A stretch of DNA of 64,000 nt from the human T2T-CHM13v2.0 reference genome, Homo sapiens, in assembly GCF_009914755.1 (NCBI RefSeq), contig NC_060932.1; one strand, 5' to 3'. The position numbers were made by a program, and so were the translations under genes. A model generated the notes under the pieces. It was not told the origin of the DNA and did no database searches. It saw only the letters and a program-made list of their open reading frames with translations. Below, in pieces: positions 40,648 to 55,551 of this stretch. Every line of letters begins with the position of its first letter. Position 1 is the first letter of the stretch.

Positions 40648-43600
40648 AATATTTGCCTTTTTCTACATTGTTTTGAATTTACATTGTGGCAACTTTCGTA
40701 TGTCAGGACATGGCTACTGCTCAGATAAAATAAATCTTTTATATCTGAAAAAAAATCCAGGATATCTGATAGAAAAAGTCTGGAGAAAATAAATACCAAG
40801 CAGAGGTTGGTACAATGCAAAATGTAAGAAATAAGAAGGCAATGTAAGAAAGGGAAGAATACGGCTGTATAAAGCTATTTTTCAGGCACACAATTGAAAT
40901 TCGTAGACTTGCAAAATTGAAAGTCAAAAAATGTTTATTACAAAATGTAGGCTAGAAACAGTACATGAAATGTGTAGGCATCATATGCAGCCTGATTTTC
41001 CTATTGGACTGGTTTTGTTGGTTTCTATGAAGAATTCGTAATGCTGAAAAGAAACTTAACACCATGTAACCTTGGTTTAAAAATGCTTTTGGCATTTTCA
41101 CCATTATTTGGCATCTTTTATTGATCATAAACATTTATTATAATGTTCCAAATTTGAAAAATGTAAAGTAAGATAATATGATTCTGGGAAGCATGAGAAA
41201 TAATGTTGATTTCAAATACTACTATAGCCTTTTCTCATGTTGTACCCTCCTTCAACTAGTGGGTGGAATAATATTTTACTGCCTATAGTGGTTATCTTAA
41301 AAGAACTGTCATAACTTTGATAATTGAACTCTCTCCTCTGAAGAATCTATAGTTTTAAAGAAAGACAAAAATCACTATTTTATGGAAAATGAGGACACTT
41401 TGGAAACATATTCAGTTATCTCAAAGAATCAAAGAAAAAGACGTGTTCATCTAATCCTTAGAAAAGACAGGGCCTGGGGTCTCTGCAAGGAATTTAGCAG
41501 CAGAAATCCATAGACTTCTATTCTAGGGCTCTATCATTAAACTGGCTTCATAAACTCTTTAGCAAAAGGACTTCTGTGGTATTAGTCAGGCAAGCATTAG
41601 GATTAAATAATCTATTGTGGTCAGGCTCATCTAGTAGAAACATAATGCAGCATCTTATCTTGGAGTTGAGATGTCAGTTCTCAGAGAATGGAAAATGGGC
41701 TGGATAGTGGCCTAAACTGTAATGCATGAACCGACACTTCATACCGTATAGCCTGAGCAGAATATCAAGTGTCTCTATGATTCGGCCTCTGCCTCTTTCT
41801 CCTTTGGAAAAGCATGTTCTTTTTAATGAGTCAACATCCTTTCTCAATTTCAGTAAGATAATTACTTGAAATATCATGTGTAGAACTGAAGTAGAGAGGT
41901 CATGGATCAGAAATGTATTAAACTAAACCCAAATAATTTTACGCAGTGCACTTTAACTCAAAAGAAGAAAGGGAAGTCATTTTCTTATTGTGACTTTAAA
42001 TCCTGATTTTTAAATAAGAAATGTGAAATAGAGTGCAGTCATAAATTAGGGAAGGAGAATGGCAGTCATTTTTGAATAGCAGTAATTAAGCCCTTTAGTT
42101 TTTCAGAATGGTATAACTTAAATCTACAGGTTGACTCAAGAATTACTCCTATCTCAAGATCTCAGAGTTTATTCAATATGTGGCTTGCATATGGTCAAAA
42201 TAAGACAATAGCTTTTAAATATGTTTGCTTACTTCAATAAGAATGCAGCTACCATGCTATCACTATGGAATAAGTTCAATCTAGACAAAATTTCACAACT
42301 ATGCCAAAGTTTGTGTCAAGTCCTTACAATCAAACCAACTTACTTATAAGTCATCAATCACTGCCATTATAGGGTAATAGAATTAGTTCAACATTTATGA
42401 ATCATTCAGAGAAAATAAAAATACTGCACACATTTAAAAAAGGTTGTTCATTTATTTTTGAAGCAGGATTTTATGTATTTCTATTTAAAGGTGATATTGA
42501 AATTTTTTTCTAATATGACAACAGCAGAAAACGTTCTTCAAGTATAAAAGAGCTCAATGGTAAAACATAATAATTGAGTTATTTATACATTTTATTTTAA
42601 AAGTGTAACTTTCTGTATAGGTTATTGTAAATGCATTCATATTTGGGTTGGAGGAGGAGTGTGTTGCGACTTTGTGTTCCATACATTTTTCTGAAAGAGG
42701 TCTGAAACGATTCTCCAGTAGCCATCCTGCCCAAGAAAATAAAGTACTGGAAACATCCAGTAGCAATCTCGGAAAAAGTTGATTTGACAGAAACCAGAAA
42801 TACCACTCTCACATAACATCTACAGTATGCCACTTCCTACAATAGCTAAAAATATTTCAAGTTTGTTCCAGAGCTAATTTCACTGTAAAAGCTTTTAAAA
42901 ATGGACATTTTATCACCATTTCTACATTTGTCACGTGTATTAACACTCAGTTGAACACACTGCATGATCGAGTTTGTGGACCAGCCACTGGTCATTTGGT
43001 TACTAAGCAAATCAAATTTGTAAGAAAGAAACCCGCTGTTCAAAATGCCAAGTTATTCTCTGAAGGAAACATGCTCTGCATAGCAGAACGTGTGCAAATG
43101 ATCTATTTGCAAGGTAACATTTTACTTCGAAATGAGTTGTCTAGTTAAGCCACCAACCACACCAACATAAAATTTTTTCTTCAATAATTTAGGGTTTCTT
43201 TTTTTCACCCCAGTATTCCTGATTAAAGAAATCAGACCATGAGTCATTGTTCCCACAAAGTCTCTGGCTGCCAAACATATGTAGACCTGGTAGTTAAGCA
43301 TTTTAATGTGCCCTCAACTATATAATTTTTATAATCTTTATGCAATTGTTGCTGCAAAATGTGTCATTTGTATTGGCATCAATTTCTGACCTTCACTACA
43401 GAAAGGCAGATGATGGGTGGTTGATGAATGGGGCAACTGGTTGAAACATCCCCTACTTATGGTAGAAGACCTCCTACTCCTACTGGCTTCAGAAGCTCAA
43501 AGAATTTTACTACGATGACTTTTTTATGAAAAAATGTCTTTATAACACAATTAGTTTTTCTCACTGTGATTCACAATTAATCTCCTTAGAGATAATATAT

Positions 43601-44539
43601 TGTGATATATAAGCCAAGGGTCGGGAAGTGGACCCCTGAATCTTACAGAATAGAAATCTAAGGGAAAATGTTTCTTTATGGAATCCTCACTGGATCCAGA
43701 GATTAAAAAAGGAATGAAAACTAACAAACTAATCTGTAGCATCTGCAAAAAGACGGAGTGAGATTCATTCATTCCACTCTGACTCCTGCACACACTGATT
43801 CCATGGTAAAATGAATCCATTCTTTGAATTTGGGAATTAGTTCCCCCTAGAATGAAATATTTCTTTCCATTTAGTCCACATATACTGTACACAACTCATG
43901 AGGTTTCTTACATGTTGAGAAAATGATTCAGACTTTGGTACATGTTTTTTTGATCATGCATCTTCTGCTATCAGTAATCAGGGCTAAGTGCATGGTTGTT
44001 TACTCTATGTTGTTAAACAAGTGATTTTGAGTGTACAGAAAAACATGTTGATACATATGTTAAAGAAATAATTGTTTTCAGAAATAACAAAAAAAATTTC
44101 ATGTGCATATGCATTGATATGCTAAAAAATTATCTGTGGACAATGCATCTCGGATTGTACTAAAACAATGCACTGAGAAACCAAAGGAGCAGGTTATGTC
44201 AACTGAAAGCTTGTCCTAGGTGTGAATGCTTTCATCAAATCTTTACCTTTACCTGAAATACCTGGTTTTCGTAGCTCTGTTTCTCTGCCCAGTAAACTCC
44301 CAGTCAATACTCAAAACTTACTAAAATACCCACTTGATTGAAAAGCTTTGATTCATTTCTCCAAACAAAATTAAACACTCTCTTCTCTCTGTTTTTTACA
44401 GTGCATTGATATTCTTCTAATGTAGTAGTCATGCACCACTGAAATTACCTATGTGTCACAAGCAGAATTTCCCAAGAGCAGAGTCCCATCTCTCACTTTG
44501 CTCTTACAGCTGCAGTTGTGGGGGCCGCAGCCGCAACAT

Positions 44540-44770
44540 TGCTAATGTCTTCGATGACTAACCATATAAATCCAGTTTTTCCTATGTGTCAGGAAGGGTG
44601 CTAGGTGTTTACCCATGCAGAGTCCTGTTGATTATTGACTTCTGTGGGGGTAATCACTATTTTCTTGTTCAATATAAAAAGGAGAAAATGGAACATTAGA
44701 AATCAGAGTTTGGCATCAATCCATCTCTTGTTTGAACAGAAACTCTTAACCACAGTGCGCTACTGTCTTT
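44540..44770 (-). mobile_element. MIR SINE, degraded
   Basis: ctatgtgtcagg...gtgctaggtgtttac...ctcttaaccacagtgcgctactg. Confidence 0.6.
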
Positions 44771-45164
44771 TAGGCTCTTCATGAATATGTGTTAAATGAA
44801 TGATGATAGAAGTAACTTGCTCATATTCATTGACTTGATGCAAACTTCGATGTCCTACTTAAAAATCATTTCTCTGTCAATTTTCCCTTCTCACCCAACC
44901 TCCATTTCTATTTCAGGCAATCCCAATTGTACCTTTTTCAACATTTCCAGAATACTTTTTTAAATGATGGTATAACACTTAGCACGTGGTATTACGATAA
45001 TTGTCCTACACTGTGAGAATCTTGAAGGCTGGGAGAGTTTTTCTTCTCAGGTTCACCAGTGTACTAATAAATATTTGCTGAAATAATTGGAAAAATTAAG
45101 TAGTTGATTCAATCATTAAAGTGCATGGAAGTACAGCTTTAGTTGTCCCTGTTGATCTTGCTTA

Positions 45165-45328
45165 TCTTCTCAACCAGCGGCTGTGCATCAGAAATATCTA
45201 GGGAGCTTTTATAAATTCAAGTGTCCAGGCTCCACTTATGAAATTCTGATCCCAGGAGTGAGGCCTTGAGATATCTACTAAAATACTTCTCTTGAAACTT
45301 CAGGCAAAATCAGGTTTAGTGACTGCTC
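45165..45328. mobile_element. MER5A-like hAT-Charlie element
   Basis: ttctcaacc...ggctgtgcatcagaa...ctagggagctttt...ccaggctccac...aattctgat. Confidence 0.7.
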
Positions 45329-45747
45329 TTTCTATCTATTGCCTTTAGAGCTTTCCTTACTCATTCGCTTTAACCACAAAAGCAAGGAAGTAGAAGATTC
45401 CTGAGAAAATTAACCCCGCTCATACAGAAACTCAACTGTTTTCTCTTTCATGTGCTACAATTTTCTCCTTAGGTGTTGAATATTGGTACCAGTGCTCTGT
45501 ATAGCAGCAGGTGCATATGGACATTTAATAAGTATTTAAAATAAGCTGAGGAGAATTTAGTGTACTGGTTAGACAAAATAATGAGGAATAGCTCAAAGTT
45601 TGGAGACGCAAACTTCAGCATTGGCTCCCTTATCTGAATAACTTTAATAATCTGTAGGGACTTGCCACAATATTTAGAAAATAGAAGCAGTTGTGTTGTT
45701 TGGTTTCATTTTCTGATGAGGTCCATTTTCTCCACGTACTTATTGAA

Positions 45748-46330
45748 TTTGTTTACTCTTGCCCCATAACAAATTACTGCAAGCTTAGCCCCTAACAACA
45801 ACACAATTCATTTTCCCGTAGCATCTGTGTGGGTCAGCAGTCTGGGTACAAACTCCCAGGACCCTCTACTGGGGTCCTACAGGCAGTGATCACGCTGTCA
45901 GGCTGTGTTGCTCACCTGGGGCCCAGGTTCCCTTCTCCCAGCCCATTCAAGTTGTCAGGACAACTCTTTTGATGGTGCACCTGGGGTCCCTGTTTACTCA
46001 CCAGCTGTCCACTGGAGTTCACTTCCAGCTGTTTGAGGCCACCCACAGAAGCTCCATGTGCCCCCAACAAGCTGTTCACGCCACACGATGATTTGCTTCC
46101 TCCCAGGCTGGTGGGAGCTCATGGTGCAGACTCTCATCCCCCACCCAGTCTGCCATGTATTTAATGTAACCTCTTCACCATTGCACATGCAAAGTGGCAG
46201 AATCAAGGGAGCCAATATTCAAATAGTTCATATGCAGAGGCTCTGCCCACACTCAAGGGAGAAAATACTCAGGACTTGCCCAGACAGTGTCAAAAATCAC
46301 AGAAGCCACCACAGAACTTTGCCTACTACA
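45748..46330 (-). mobile_element. MLT1E-like MaLR LTR
   Basis: cataacaaattactgcaagcttag...gggtcagcagtctggg...gcccacactcaagggaga...gcctactaca. Confidence 0.8.
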
Positions 46331-46889
46331 CTTACACAGGGAGCAGAGCACATTGTACCTCTCAGCCCTGTTCCTCTTGGATGGTCACTCGAATTTCATC
46401 TTCCCAAATGTCCCTCCCTTTATAATGTTACGAGTAAAAAATATTTGATTTCCTCAATGCCTTAGTTGTTGTTTTTATTTAGAAACTCCAACTACATGTT
46501 TATAGAGAGATTTGGAGATTTCACGTTCTATATTAGAGACTGACAATCTTGGGCCAATCTAGAGCCAGTTTTTATCTGAAAGATGAGAATAAAAAGAAAG
46601 CAGCTATTTAAAGTTTCCTGTAAGCTTGTTTATCAACAAAAAAGGTATTATTCTTCATGGTAATAATTATAACATCCATCAAGGATTTTGATTTCTGTTT
46701 TCTGCAAAGAATGCACATAATATTAACAGTTTATATGACGATTCACCATTATTATTACATTTTACCAACATCTAAAGACTTTCTCACATTCAGCTTTGGC
46801 TCTCAGCTGTCTTTCAGAGATGCGCTGGGCTATCATCCTTCTGTATTCTGAAATGCTGGTGACTTTTCAGACTAAGGTTAGAACAGCTG

Positions 46890-47011
46890 TGTAGCCTAGG
46901 GTTAAACTTTATGGCCTGTCGTTTAAGCTGTGTAGGCTACTGGTTGAACTTGTGGCCTAGAGTTCCACTGTGTGGCCTAGTGGTTAACCTTGTTGCCTAG
47001 TGGTTAAGATG

Positions 47012-47030
<19 letters not shown>
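46890..47030. repeat. Degenerate 20-21 bp tandem repeat (~7 units) derived from the MIR 5' head
   Basis: Units approximate TGTGGCCTAGTGGTTAAxCT and start at 46890, 46910, 46931, 46951, 46971, 46991, 47012. Confidence 0.85.
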
Positions 47031-47520
<490 letters not shown>

Positions 47521-47755
47521 GCATCCGTGATGTGTTCACAGTGATTTTGAGCTCACATGCGTGTCCTCTTCACTTCTGTCTCAGTGTCTGCTGGCTGGCT
47601 CACTGCTTACCTGGCCAAGCCTTATAGCCTCCATTATTCAGAAAAGACTTTAACATTTTTGAATACAAGAATTCTCCTCTAAAAGCCAGCCTCATTTTGC
47701 CCCATAGTGCTACAATTTTGAGCACAGTGAATTAACTCTTTATTATTATTTATTA

Positions 47756-48049
<294 letters not shown>

Positions 48050-48228
48050 TATTATTATTTATTATCAGCTCTGTATTTAGAATTTTCGTAGTTATTCCTT
48101 GGAAGTCAGTTTCATTTCACTCTCTACCCAGCCCTCCATCTCTGAACTTAAATTTGTCTCTTCTTTATATCATCCCATCTAACAATCCAAATTTTGTGTT
48201 TCTCAAAGAAGATACTTCTAATATTTAA

Positions 48229-48436
48229 TTTTTTATTTTTTTGAAACAGGGTCTTGCTCTGTAACCCATGCTGGAGTGCAGTGGCATGATCGCAGCCCTG
48301 CAGCCTCGATCTCCTGGCTCGAGCTATCTTCCCTCTTCAGCCTGCCGAGTAGCTGGGACTACAGGTGTGTGCCACCACACCTGGCTAATTTGCTTTTTAA
48401 ACTTTCGGTAGAGAAGTGATCTTTCTATGTTGCCCA
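48229..48436 (-). mobile_element. AluJ, partial (right arm plus part of left arm)
   Basis: gaaacagggtcttgctct...gcagcctcgatctcctggctc...ctatgttgccca. Confidence 0.9.
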
Positions 48437-49684
48437 TTTTGGAGTACATTTTATGATTTACAAAAAGCAATAATAAAACTCTAGGCAATACATAATAGAA
48501 AAAAGGGAGAAAAAGCCTCTTTCCAATGACAGTGCTTGCTTGCTTTTATTCTGCATGCCTAACCACCATACTTATACATTTATTTTTTATGGTAATGTAA
48601 TCGTATGATTTGTGCTTTCGTGAAGGCTGCTTTTTCGGTTAATTTTATGTTAGTGGACTTTTATGTCAAATATAAGTCTATACCGTCATTGCTGTTGAAT
48701 AGCATTTTACTGTTCAGATCTAGTACAATTTAAAAATCCCTTTTTACTGGGTTGCTTTCAGTTTCTAACAGTTCACACACATGCACATACATACACACAC
48801 AAGTTCATACTGCTCAAATGTAAGTACATGCATTATACGTGCCATATCTTAGCTTCCTCTACCTCTTAGATTATTTCCTGAAAATTAATACTAAGAAGGG
48901 AGAGTCCCGTCAATCTACATCATTAAAGTTTTCTGTGTGCTGTTACGTTTTTACTGAAGTATATCCATTCATGTTCCCACGGCAGTATTTCTGAAAGGCT
49001 GGTACCATCTCTCCAAGCTGACATTGGATATTGCTATTTAAACATATTTGAATTAAGCGGTGAGATTCTTTCTTCCCAAACAGGCCTCCTGCTTTATCAC
49101 CTCCCTCTCACTCAACTACACTTACTAAAACCTGACAGGTTGCTAAAGAGCGTCACAGCTCTTGACACAGAAGGAAGTGAGAGACTGGAGGCACTTCGTC
49201 TTTTACAAGCTTTCCCTCTACTTTAGATTAAAATTAAACCAAACGGGAGAAAAAATAAAATGAACTGATCTAAGTTATCATCATATGCGAAGGAAAAGAA
49301 GATTAATATTACTCATTTCTGCACCTCCCTTAAAGTTTTGTATATAAAAGAGGTGAAAGCATTGAATTGAACGTTTTGCCATTTATAAACCCAAACGTAT
49401 TGTATGCCATTCTTTATTATCTTTTTGCATGACATTTTTCCAGGGAAAATGTATGTCACTCTTTTATTCCCACATCTCATTCTTGATTTACTTCCTCTGT
49501 GTTCGTTTTGGTTATTTTCAGTCTACTCCTTCAATAGCTATTTAAAGAATACATATGTTTTTAATGTGGTAAGTTAATACAGTTTTCTTTGGGGCAGAGT
49601 GTGAGTTTCATCTGCTTCCTTTTGCCTTTACACAAATCCTTTTATAAAGTTTGTCTCAAAAAGTAGATTCTTGAAGCGCTGCAA

Positions 49685-50620
49685 GCAGAATGGCCGACCA
49701 GGGAAGCTGCGAACTTCTTGTTCTACGCGATCACTGACAAGAGAAGCAGGACCACCTTTGTGGGGGCTCTGGAAACAAAGGTTCAGAGTAATCAAGCAAA
49801 AGCCCAAGGAAGAAAAACAATTCCTTCAAAGTGGTAGAAAGATTTACAGCATTTTTGTTTTCCCTAGACCCAACACCTTCTTGATGTGGCGGTCATCTTG
49901 TTGCTGATGGAGCAGGAGTAGCGGCCTCCTCCAGGTGCTCCCTTGAATCAGAGGGAGCAGAGCAGGCCTTATTTGCAATCATTATGTGCATTGGTTCTCA
50001 TCTGTCTGAAGAGTACACTTGAAAGAATGATGCAAGGAGCTGATCTTTGTTTTCAACTCAAGTGGGAAAGTGGTGGGCAAGACTCGATAAAGCATAAAAG
50101 CTCATAAAAGATAGAAAAGACTTTAAATCAAATAATGTATAAGAGATGAAGAAGGACATTATATATTAATAAAAGGTTCAATACACCAGAAGGATATAAC
50201 AATTATGGACATTTGCTCACATAAAAACAGATACACATACAGAAAGAAAAATTGACAAAATTAAAGAGAGAGAGAGACAATTTTACAATAACGGTTCTAG
50301 ACTTCAATCCCCCACTTTAAATAATGAATAGAACAACCAGACAGAAGATAAATAAAAAAAAAATAGAGGATTTGATCAACACACTAAGCCAAACACACAC
50401 AGAACCCTCTGCCAAACAAGAGCAAAACACATTATTTGAAAATCCACGTGGAATATTCTCCAGGATGCATGATATAGTAGGCCACAAAAAATGTCTAAAA
50501 AATTTAAAAGGTTGATACAATACAAACTGTCTTTTCTGATCATAAGGGACTGAGATGATAAATTAATAGTGGAAGGAAAACTGGAAAATTCACAATTATA
50601 TGGGAATTAACACACTCTTG
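49685..50620 (+). mobile_element. Old L1M: 5' UTR-like segment joined to an ORF2 endonuclease-region fragment
   Basis: agaatggccgaccagggaagct (L1M 5' start-like). From ~50105: gactttaaatca...gaaggacattatatattaataaaaggttcaat...gacttcaatcccccactt...tgggaattaacacactc. Confidence 0.7.
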
Positions 50621-50659
50621 ATTGTAGTAATGGTATCATGGCTATATACCATGATATCG

Positions 50660-51445
50660 TTACATCCATCACCTCCAAAGGCTTTTTTTTGTTTTTATCT
50701 GCTTTTGTTTTGTCTTTTTTTAATGATTAAAATACTTAGCATGCAATCTATCCTCTTATATTTTAAAAAGCATAATGTCATATTGTTAACTGAAGGTGGT
50801 ATTTCATATAACAACTCTCCATCACTTATTGATCTTGCTAACTGAAATTTTGTATCCTTTGACCAAGACCTCACCATTTTCCTCACCCTAGCCCCTGGAA
50901 ACCACCTTTCCACTTTCTATTTCTTTGAGTTTGACTACATTACATATATTACATATCACATATAAGTGGAATCATGCAGTATTTGTCCTTCTATGCCTAG
51001 CCTATTTAATTAACCGTAATGTCTTCTGGTTTTCATCCATGTTGTTGTAAGTGAAAGGATTTTCTTCTTTTTAGGCTGAATAATATTGCATTGTTTGCAT
51101 AAACTACATTTTGCTTTTCCATTCATTCATCAGTGAACAATCAGGTAATTTCTATATCTGGACTCTTGTGAATATTGCTGCAATAAACATGGAAGTGCAG
51201 ATAGCACAAGATCCTGACTTCAATTCTTCTGGATATATACCCCTATGCAGGATTGCCGAATCATATGGTAGATTATTTTTAGTTTTTTTGAGGAACCTCT
51301 GTACTGTTTCCCATAGTGGCTGCACAATTCTATGTTCCCACCAACAGTGTATAAGAGTTCCAATTTTTCCATATTCTTGCCAAAACTTATTATCTTTTCT
51401 TTTTAACTAATAGTCATTCTAACAGATGTAAGGTAATATCCCTTC
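50660..51445 (-). mobile_element. L1MA8/9-like 3' UTR fragment
   Basis: taactgaaattttgtatcctttgacc...ccctagcccctggaaaccac...gaggaacctctgtactgtttcccatagtggctgcac. Confidence 0.85.
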
Positions 51446-52308
51446 ATGTTTCTTACGGTTTAGTTGCATTTCTACACCCAGCAAGGAGGCTTGGGAAGTG
51501 AGATTCCCTGCAACTCACAGGAGCTCCCGCAAAGGTGAGATACAGTAAAAGAACTGTGCGGCCTTCTCACATTGTTAGGGCAGGGACTGCAGGCAAAAAT
51601 TGAGCTTTGTTTCTCTTTTTTATACTTATTATTATTTTAGAATAATTTCTGGGAAAAGGAGAAAAAATGTTCTTAATTCAGCTGTTTTATACTAGAAATC
51701 TCTACATGTTTTTCTTGTTATTCTTGTTTTTGTTCTTCTTATGGCATGTTTTCTAACCTAATTTTTTTAAAGTTTATTGTAAGGTATATTTTTACATTTA
51801 TAAAAATAAAATTTATGAGCACCGCATTTAGGAATATAAATTAGTATATCATATTACAAAATCTTCAGTAAAAACTCAATTAGCAACACTAATCTGACTC
51901 TTTGGAGTAAGCGAAATGTTTTTAATACAAAGTAAAATTTTGGTGTAAATTTCTATCAAGTTGAGAGATATTTATATTTACCTCTATTTCTTGCCAATGT
52001 TTGAAAAAGAGCCTTTAATGGGAAATTGAGAAAGTAAGAAGTATCACTGAATTATCTCAAATACTAACTAGTAATAGATCTGGAGGAAAGAAAAAGAAAT
52101 TGAATAAAAGAAAATAATAACTTTTTGCTCTCATTACTTCATGTTTTACCTTTAGTTCTTTACATTTGTAAGCCCTTTTTTCTGTTTTCTTCATGTCTAA
52201 TTAATTGAGCAGTTCATTCATATTACTTTTTCTCCTAACACTTTGGTGTTAGGCCTTATGCTCACTTCTTTAAGATTTCCTCATTAAGCATCTTTGTTAC
52301 CGCCTTTC

Positions 52309-52900
52309 TGCCTTAGCTTAGTTCTCCTAGAAGACAAATCCTGAGGCAAAATTTTATGTGCTAACATTTCATTGAAGGATGTAATCCTAGGGAAGCAGGA
52401 AGTGAGAGCAAGGTGGGAATGAGACAGGAAGAAGAAAGAAGAGCCAATGTAAGGCGTGCAGCATGACGTTCTGCAGCTTGCAAAACAGGCAGATGTTACT
52501 GGGCCTTGCTGGACATTTGCAGAGAAAACCTGTGCATTGCATTACTGCACATCAAAAAGTCTGTCTTTAGGGAGGAAGAGATTTGTATTTTTCTGCCAGC
52601 ATCCATATACGATAGTTTGTGTGCATCTTTACACACTTCCAATCTGCAGTACTTAACCGATCTGGGAGCCACCAAACGAAGCCAGATTCTAGAGTCCAGC
52701 AGCTGCATGCCTTGGGTCTCTTAAGGCTGGTGCCCAGAGTTAGTTACATGTGCTGGGGGAGCAGTTGGAGCTCAGCTCCTAAGGAGGCAGATTCTGTGCA
52801 GGCAGTGCTGCCATGAGCATTGTGGGAGACCAGGGGCCAGGCAGCAGTAGGCTTGACTGGCTGAGCAAACAGAGGACCACAGGTCCATGGCCTCTGTCTC
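52309..52900 (-). mobile_element. LTR33-like ERVL LTR
   Basis: tgccttagcttagttctcctagaagacaaatcctgaggcaa...aatcctagggaagcagga.gtgag...gagacaggaagaag...gagccaat. Confidence 0.6.
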
Positions 52901-53295
52901 ATGAGGTGACACTGCTCAATGATCCTCCTTCCAACTAAGACCAACAGCTCCTCTCTGAGGTGTTGTAATTAATCATGAACATCATGTTTAATGTTAGCTG
53001 ACCTTCCTGGAAGAAATCAATAACGTCAGGCAGAAAACCATGGCTGGACAGAGCTAAGAAAATATATAAAATGGATCTTACATGTTTCTGTTCAATGTCT
53101 TTGTTTTAAATTCTCTTATTTAATATTTCCTAAAATAACTTGTTTCATCTCTCACTTTTACTATTGTACATGTTTTACTAATTAATCTTTTTTTCTTTTC
53201 TGAATCTTGAGTTAATAAATAAGGGAGCATTAAAAATACTCTACTGCAAAATGTGCAAAATGTGCAAAAATAGTCTACTGCAAAATGTGCAAAAG

Positions 53296-53777
53296 GTACC
53301 ACATTTTCTTTATTCAGCCTATCATTGATGGGCATTTAGGTTGTTTCTATGCCTTTGCTATTGTGACAACTACTGCAATGAACATACACGTGCATGTGTC
53401 TTTATAATAGAATGATTTATATTCCTGAATACTATGCAGCCATAAAAAAGAACAAAAACATTTTCTTTGCAGGGACATGGAAGGAGGTGGGGGCCATTAT
53501 CCTTGGCAAACCAACACAGAAACAGAAAACCAAATACCACATGTTCTCACTTATAAGTGGGAGCTAAATGATAAGAACACATGGACACATAGAGGGAAAC
53601 AACACACTCTGGGACCTTTTGAAGGGTGGGAGGAGGGGGAAGATCAGGAAAAATAACTAATGGGTACTAGGCTTAATAGCAGGGTGATGAAATAATCTGT
53701 ACAACAAACCCCCATGATACAAGCTTACCTATGTAACAAACCTGCACTTGTACCCCTGAACCTAAAATAAAAGTTAA
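53296..53777 (+). mobile_element. 5'-truncated, 5'-inverted L1PA13-like element
   Basis: 53296-53426 is reverse-oriented L1 sequence from immediately upstream of the forward part 53427-53777 (gaatactatgcagcc...aaaaataactaatgggtactaggcttaat...cctaaaataaaagtt). Confidence 0.92.
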
Positions 53778-53836
53778 GTAAGTACCCTACTCTTGCTATC
53801 TCCCTTATAACCAGTGGTATTTAAGACCATGATCCA

Positions 53837-54078
<242 letters not shown>

Positions 54079-55551
54079 TGATGCAACACGTTAAGCAGCA
54101 TAGGCAACACAAAATTAAAATGCCTTGCCATAGGTTGCAGGTGGCAAAGAAAATCCCTGCCTAAAATACAAGGCACTTGTTTACTTTTACCCATCATAAT
54201 TCTTTGCTGGATTTTATTCAGTGTTGCTGGCATTAAAGTTTTGATGCAACGAGTGTGCTTAACTTAGGGAGTACTGTGTTTGAATAGTGATGAAATTGTG
54301 ATCTAAGTAAATTACCAAAGTCCCCAGCTAAATGACTAATTTCGAAAGTCGAACTCTGTTGTCTATAGAAGTCATTTCTAGGAAGAAACAGATTCATCTA
54401 TAAAGTTATTTATTGAAATTGTTCTCAATTGTTTTTCAGCTTATGCGAGATTGCAGCGTTGCTAAGCCAGGCTAAATTGCCCGGAGTCAGTTTAGAAAAT
54501 TATCTCTCCCCTTGTTTCCTATGGGCATCTCCACACGGACCCTTGGGTTTGAGGAGAGTATAAATAATGGAGAGCACAGAATTGAGACAGTAAAGGAGAC
54601 TGAAAGGAAACAAAAGAACCAATTTGAGGAGAGCCAGGGATAAGCTCTATCTAGCTGAAGATGGGGTCTGCAGTTACGGAGAGTGGAAGAACATGACATT
54701 GATTTTCTCCTGAGTGCAAAGTGAGAAGCTGAGGACACTGAAGACCAATAATTCCACTGTCCTTTCAGGTTTCATGCCAAACCCCTTAAATGACAATTGT
54801 ATATCAAATGCCCTCTGACTTTTTTGATCTCTCTATAAATTGCAACTCATATCTTCCTTTGCGTTTTTCATTCTATCAAAATTGTCTCAAACCACCCACT
54901 ACTAGCTAATGGCCCAAACATAAGCTCTAGTTCCTTACACTTCAACATCATTATTAAGCCTTTGATGTATCATTTAAGTGAAAAAAAAAAGTTCTGGTTT
55001 AATTCTATTATGTCTGAAGTCCCAGGCATCAAAGTGTTCAGGAAATAATAAAATGGTTATAGGCTTAATCGTATTATCTTATATGATGAATTCACTGAAA
55101 TAAAACTACATCAACAATAATGCTATCTATTTAATCAAGTTCATCACATTCAGCTCTACAATTTACTTAAGCTGCTTTACTGTAGCATTCAATATAAGAG
55201 GCATTCCCAAGACTCTGGGTGGATTTAAAATTTAAAAAAGATATATTTAGAAAAAGATATATTGATATTGCAATAATCAAATTGTATCCCTATTTATGAA
55301 ATAAGAAATTTTCCCATGAGGGATAATACAGGCTCTATGTTACCTCCCGAAAGCATAGAAATATGCTTAAAAGGATATCATAGAAATCACATTTTCTTCC
55401 ACAAACTCAAATTCTGGATTACCACTCTCTATTTGTTCTAACAAAAGGAGCAAAGGTACCAGACACACAGTAAAGACACCTTGTACTGGTCATAGTTAAG
55501 CTGTGGAGAACAGATTTCCCTCCAGCTAGTTTAAATAGAAAGACATAAATT

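Noticed and set aside
46058-46465. 135-aa ORF
   Set aside because: Lies mostly within an MLT1 LTR with no recognisable protein features.
51460-51540. Plus-strand exon candidate (cccag|...aaag|gtgaga)
   Set aside because: Isolated splice-like signals with no supporting ORF or neighbouring exons, as expected by chance.
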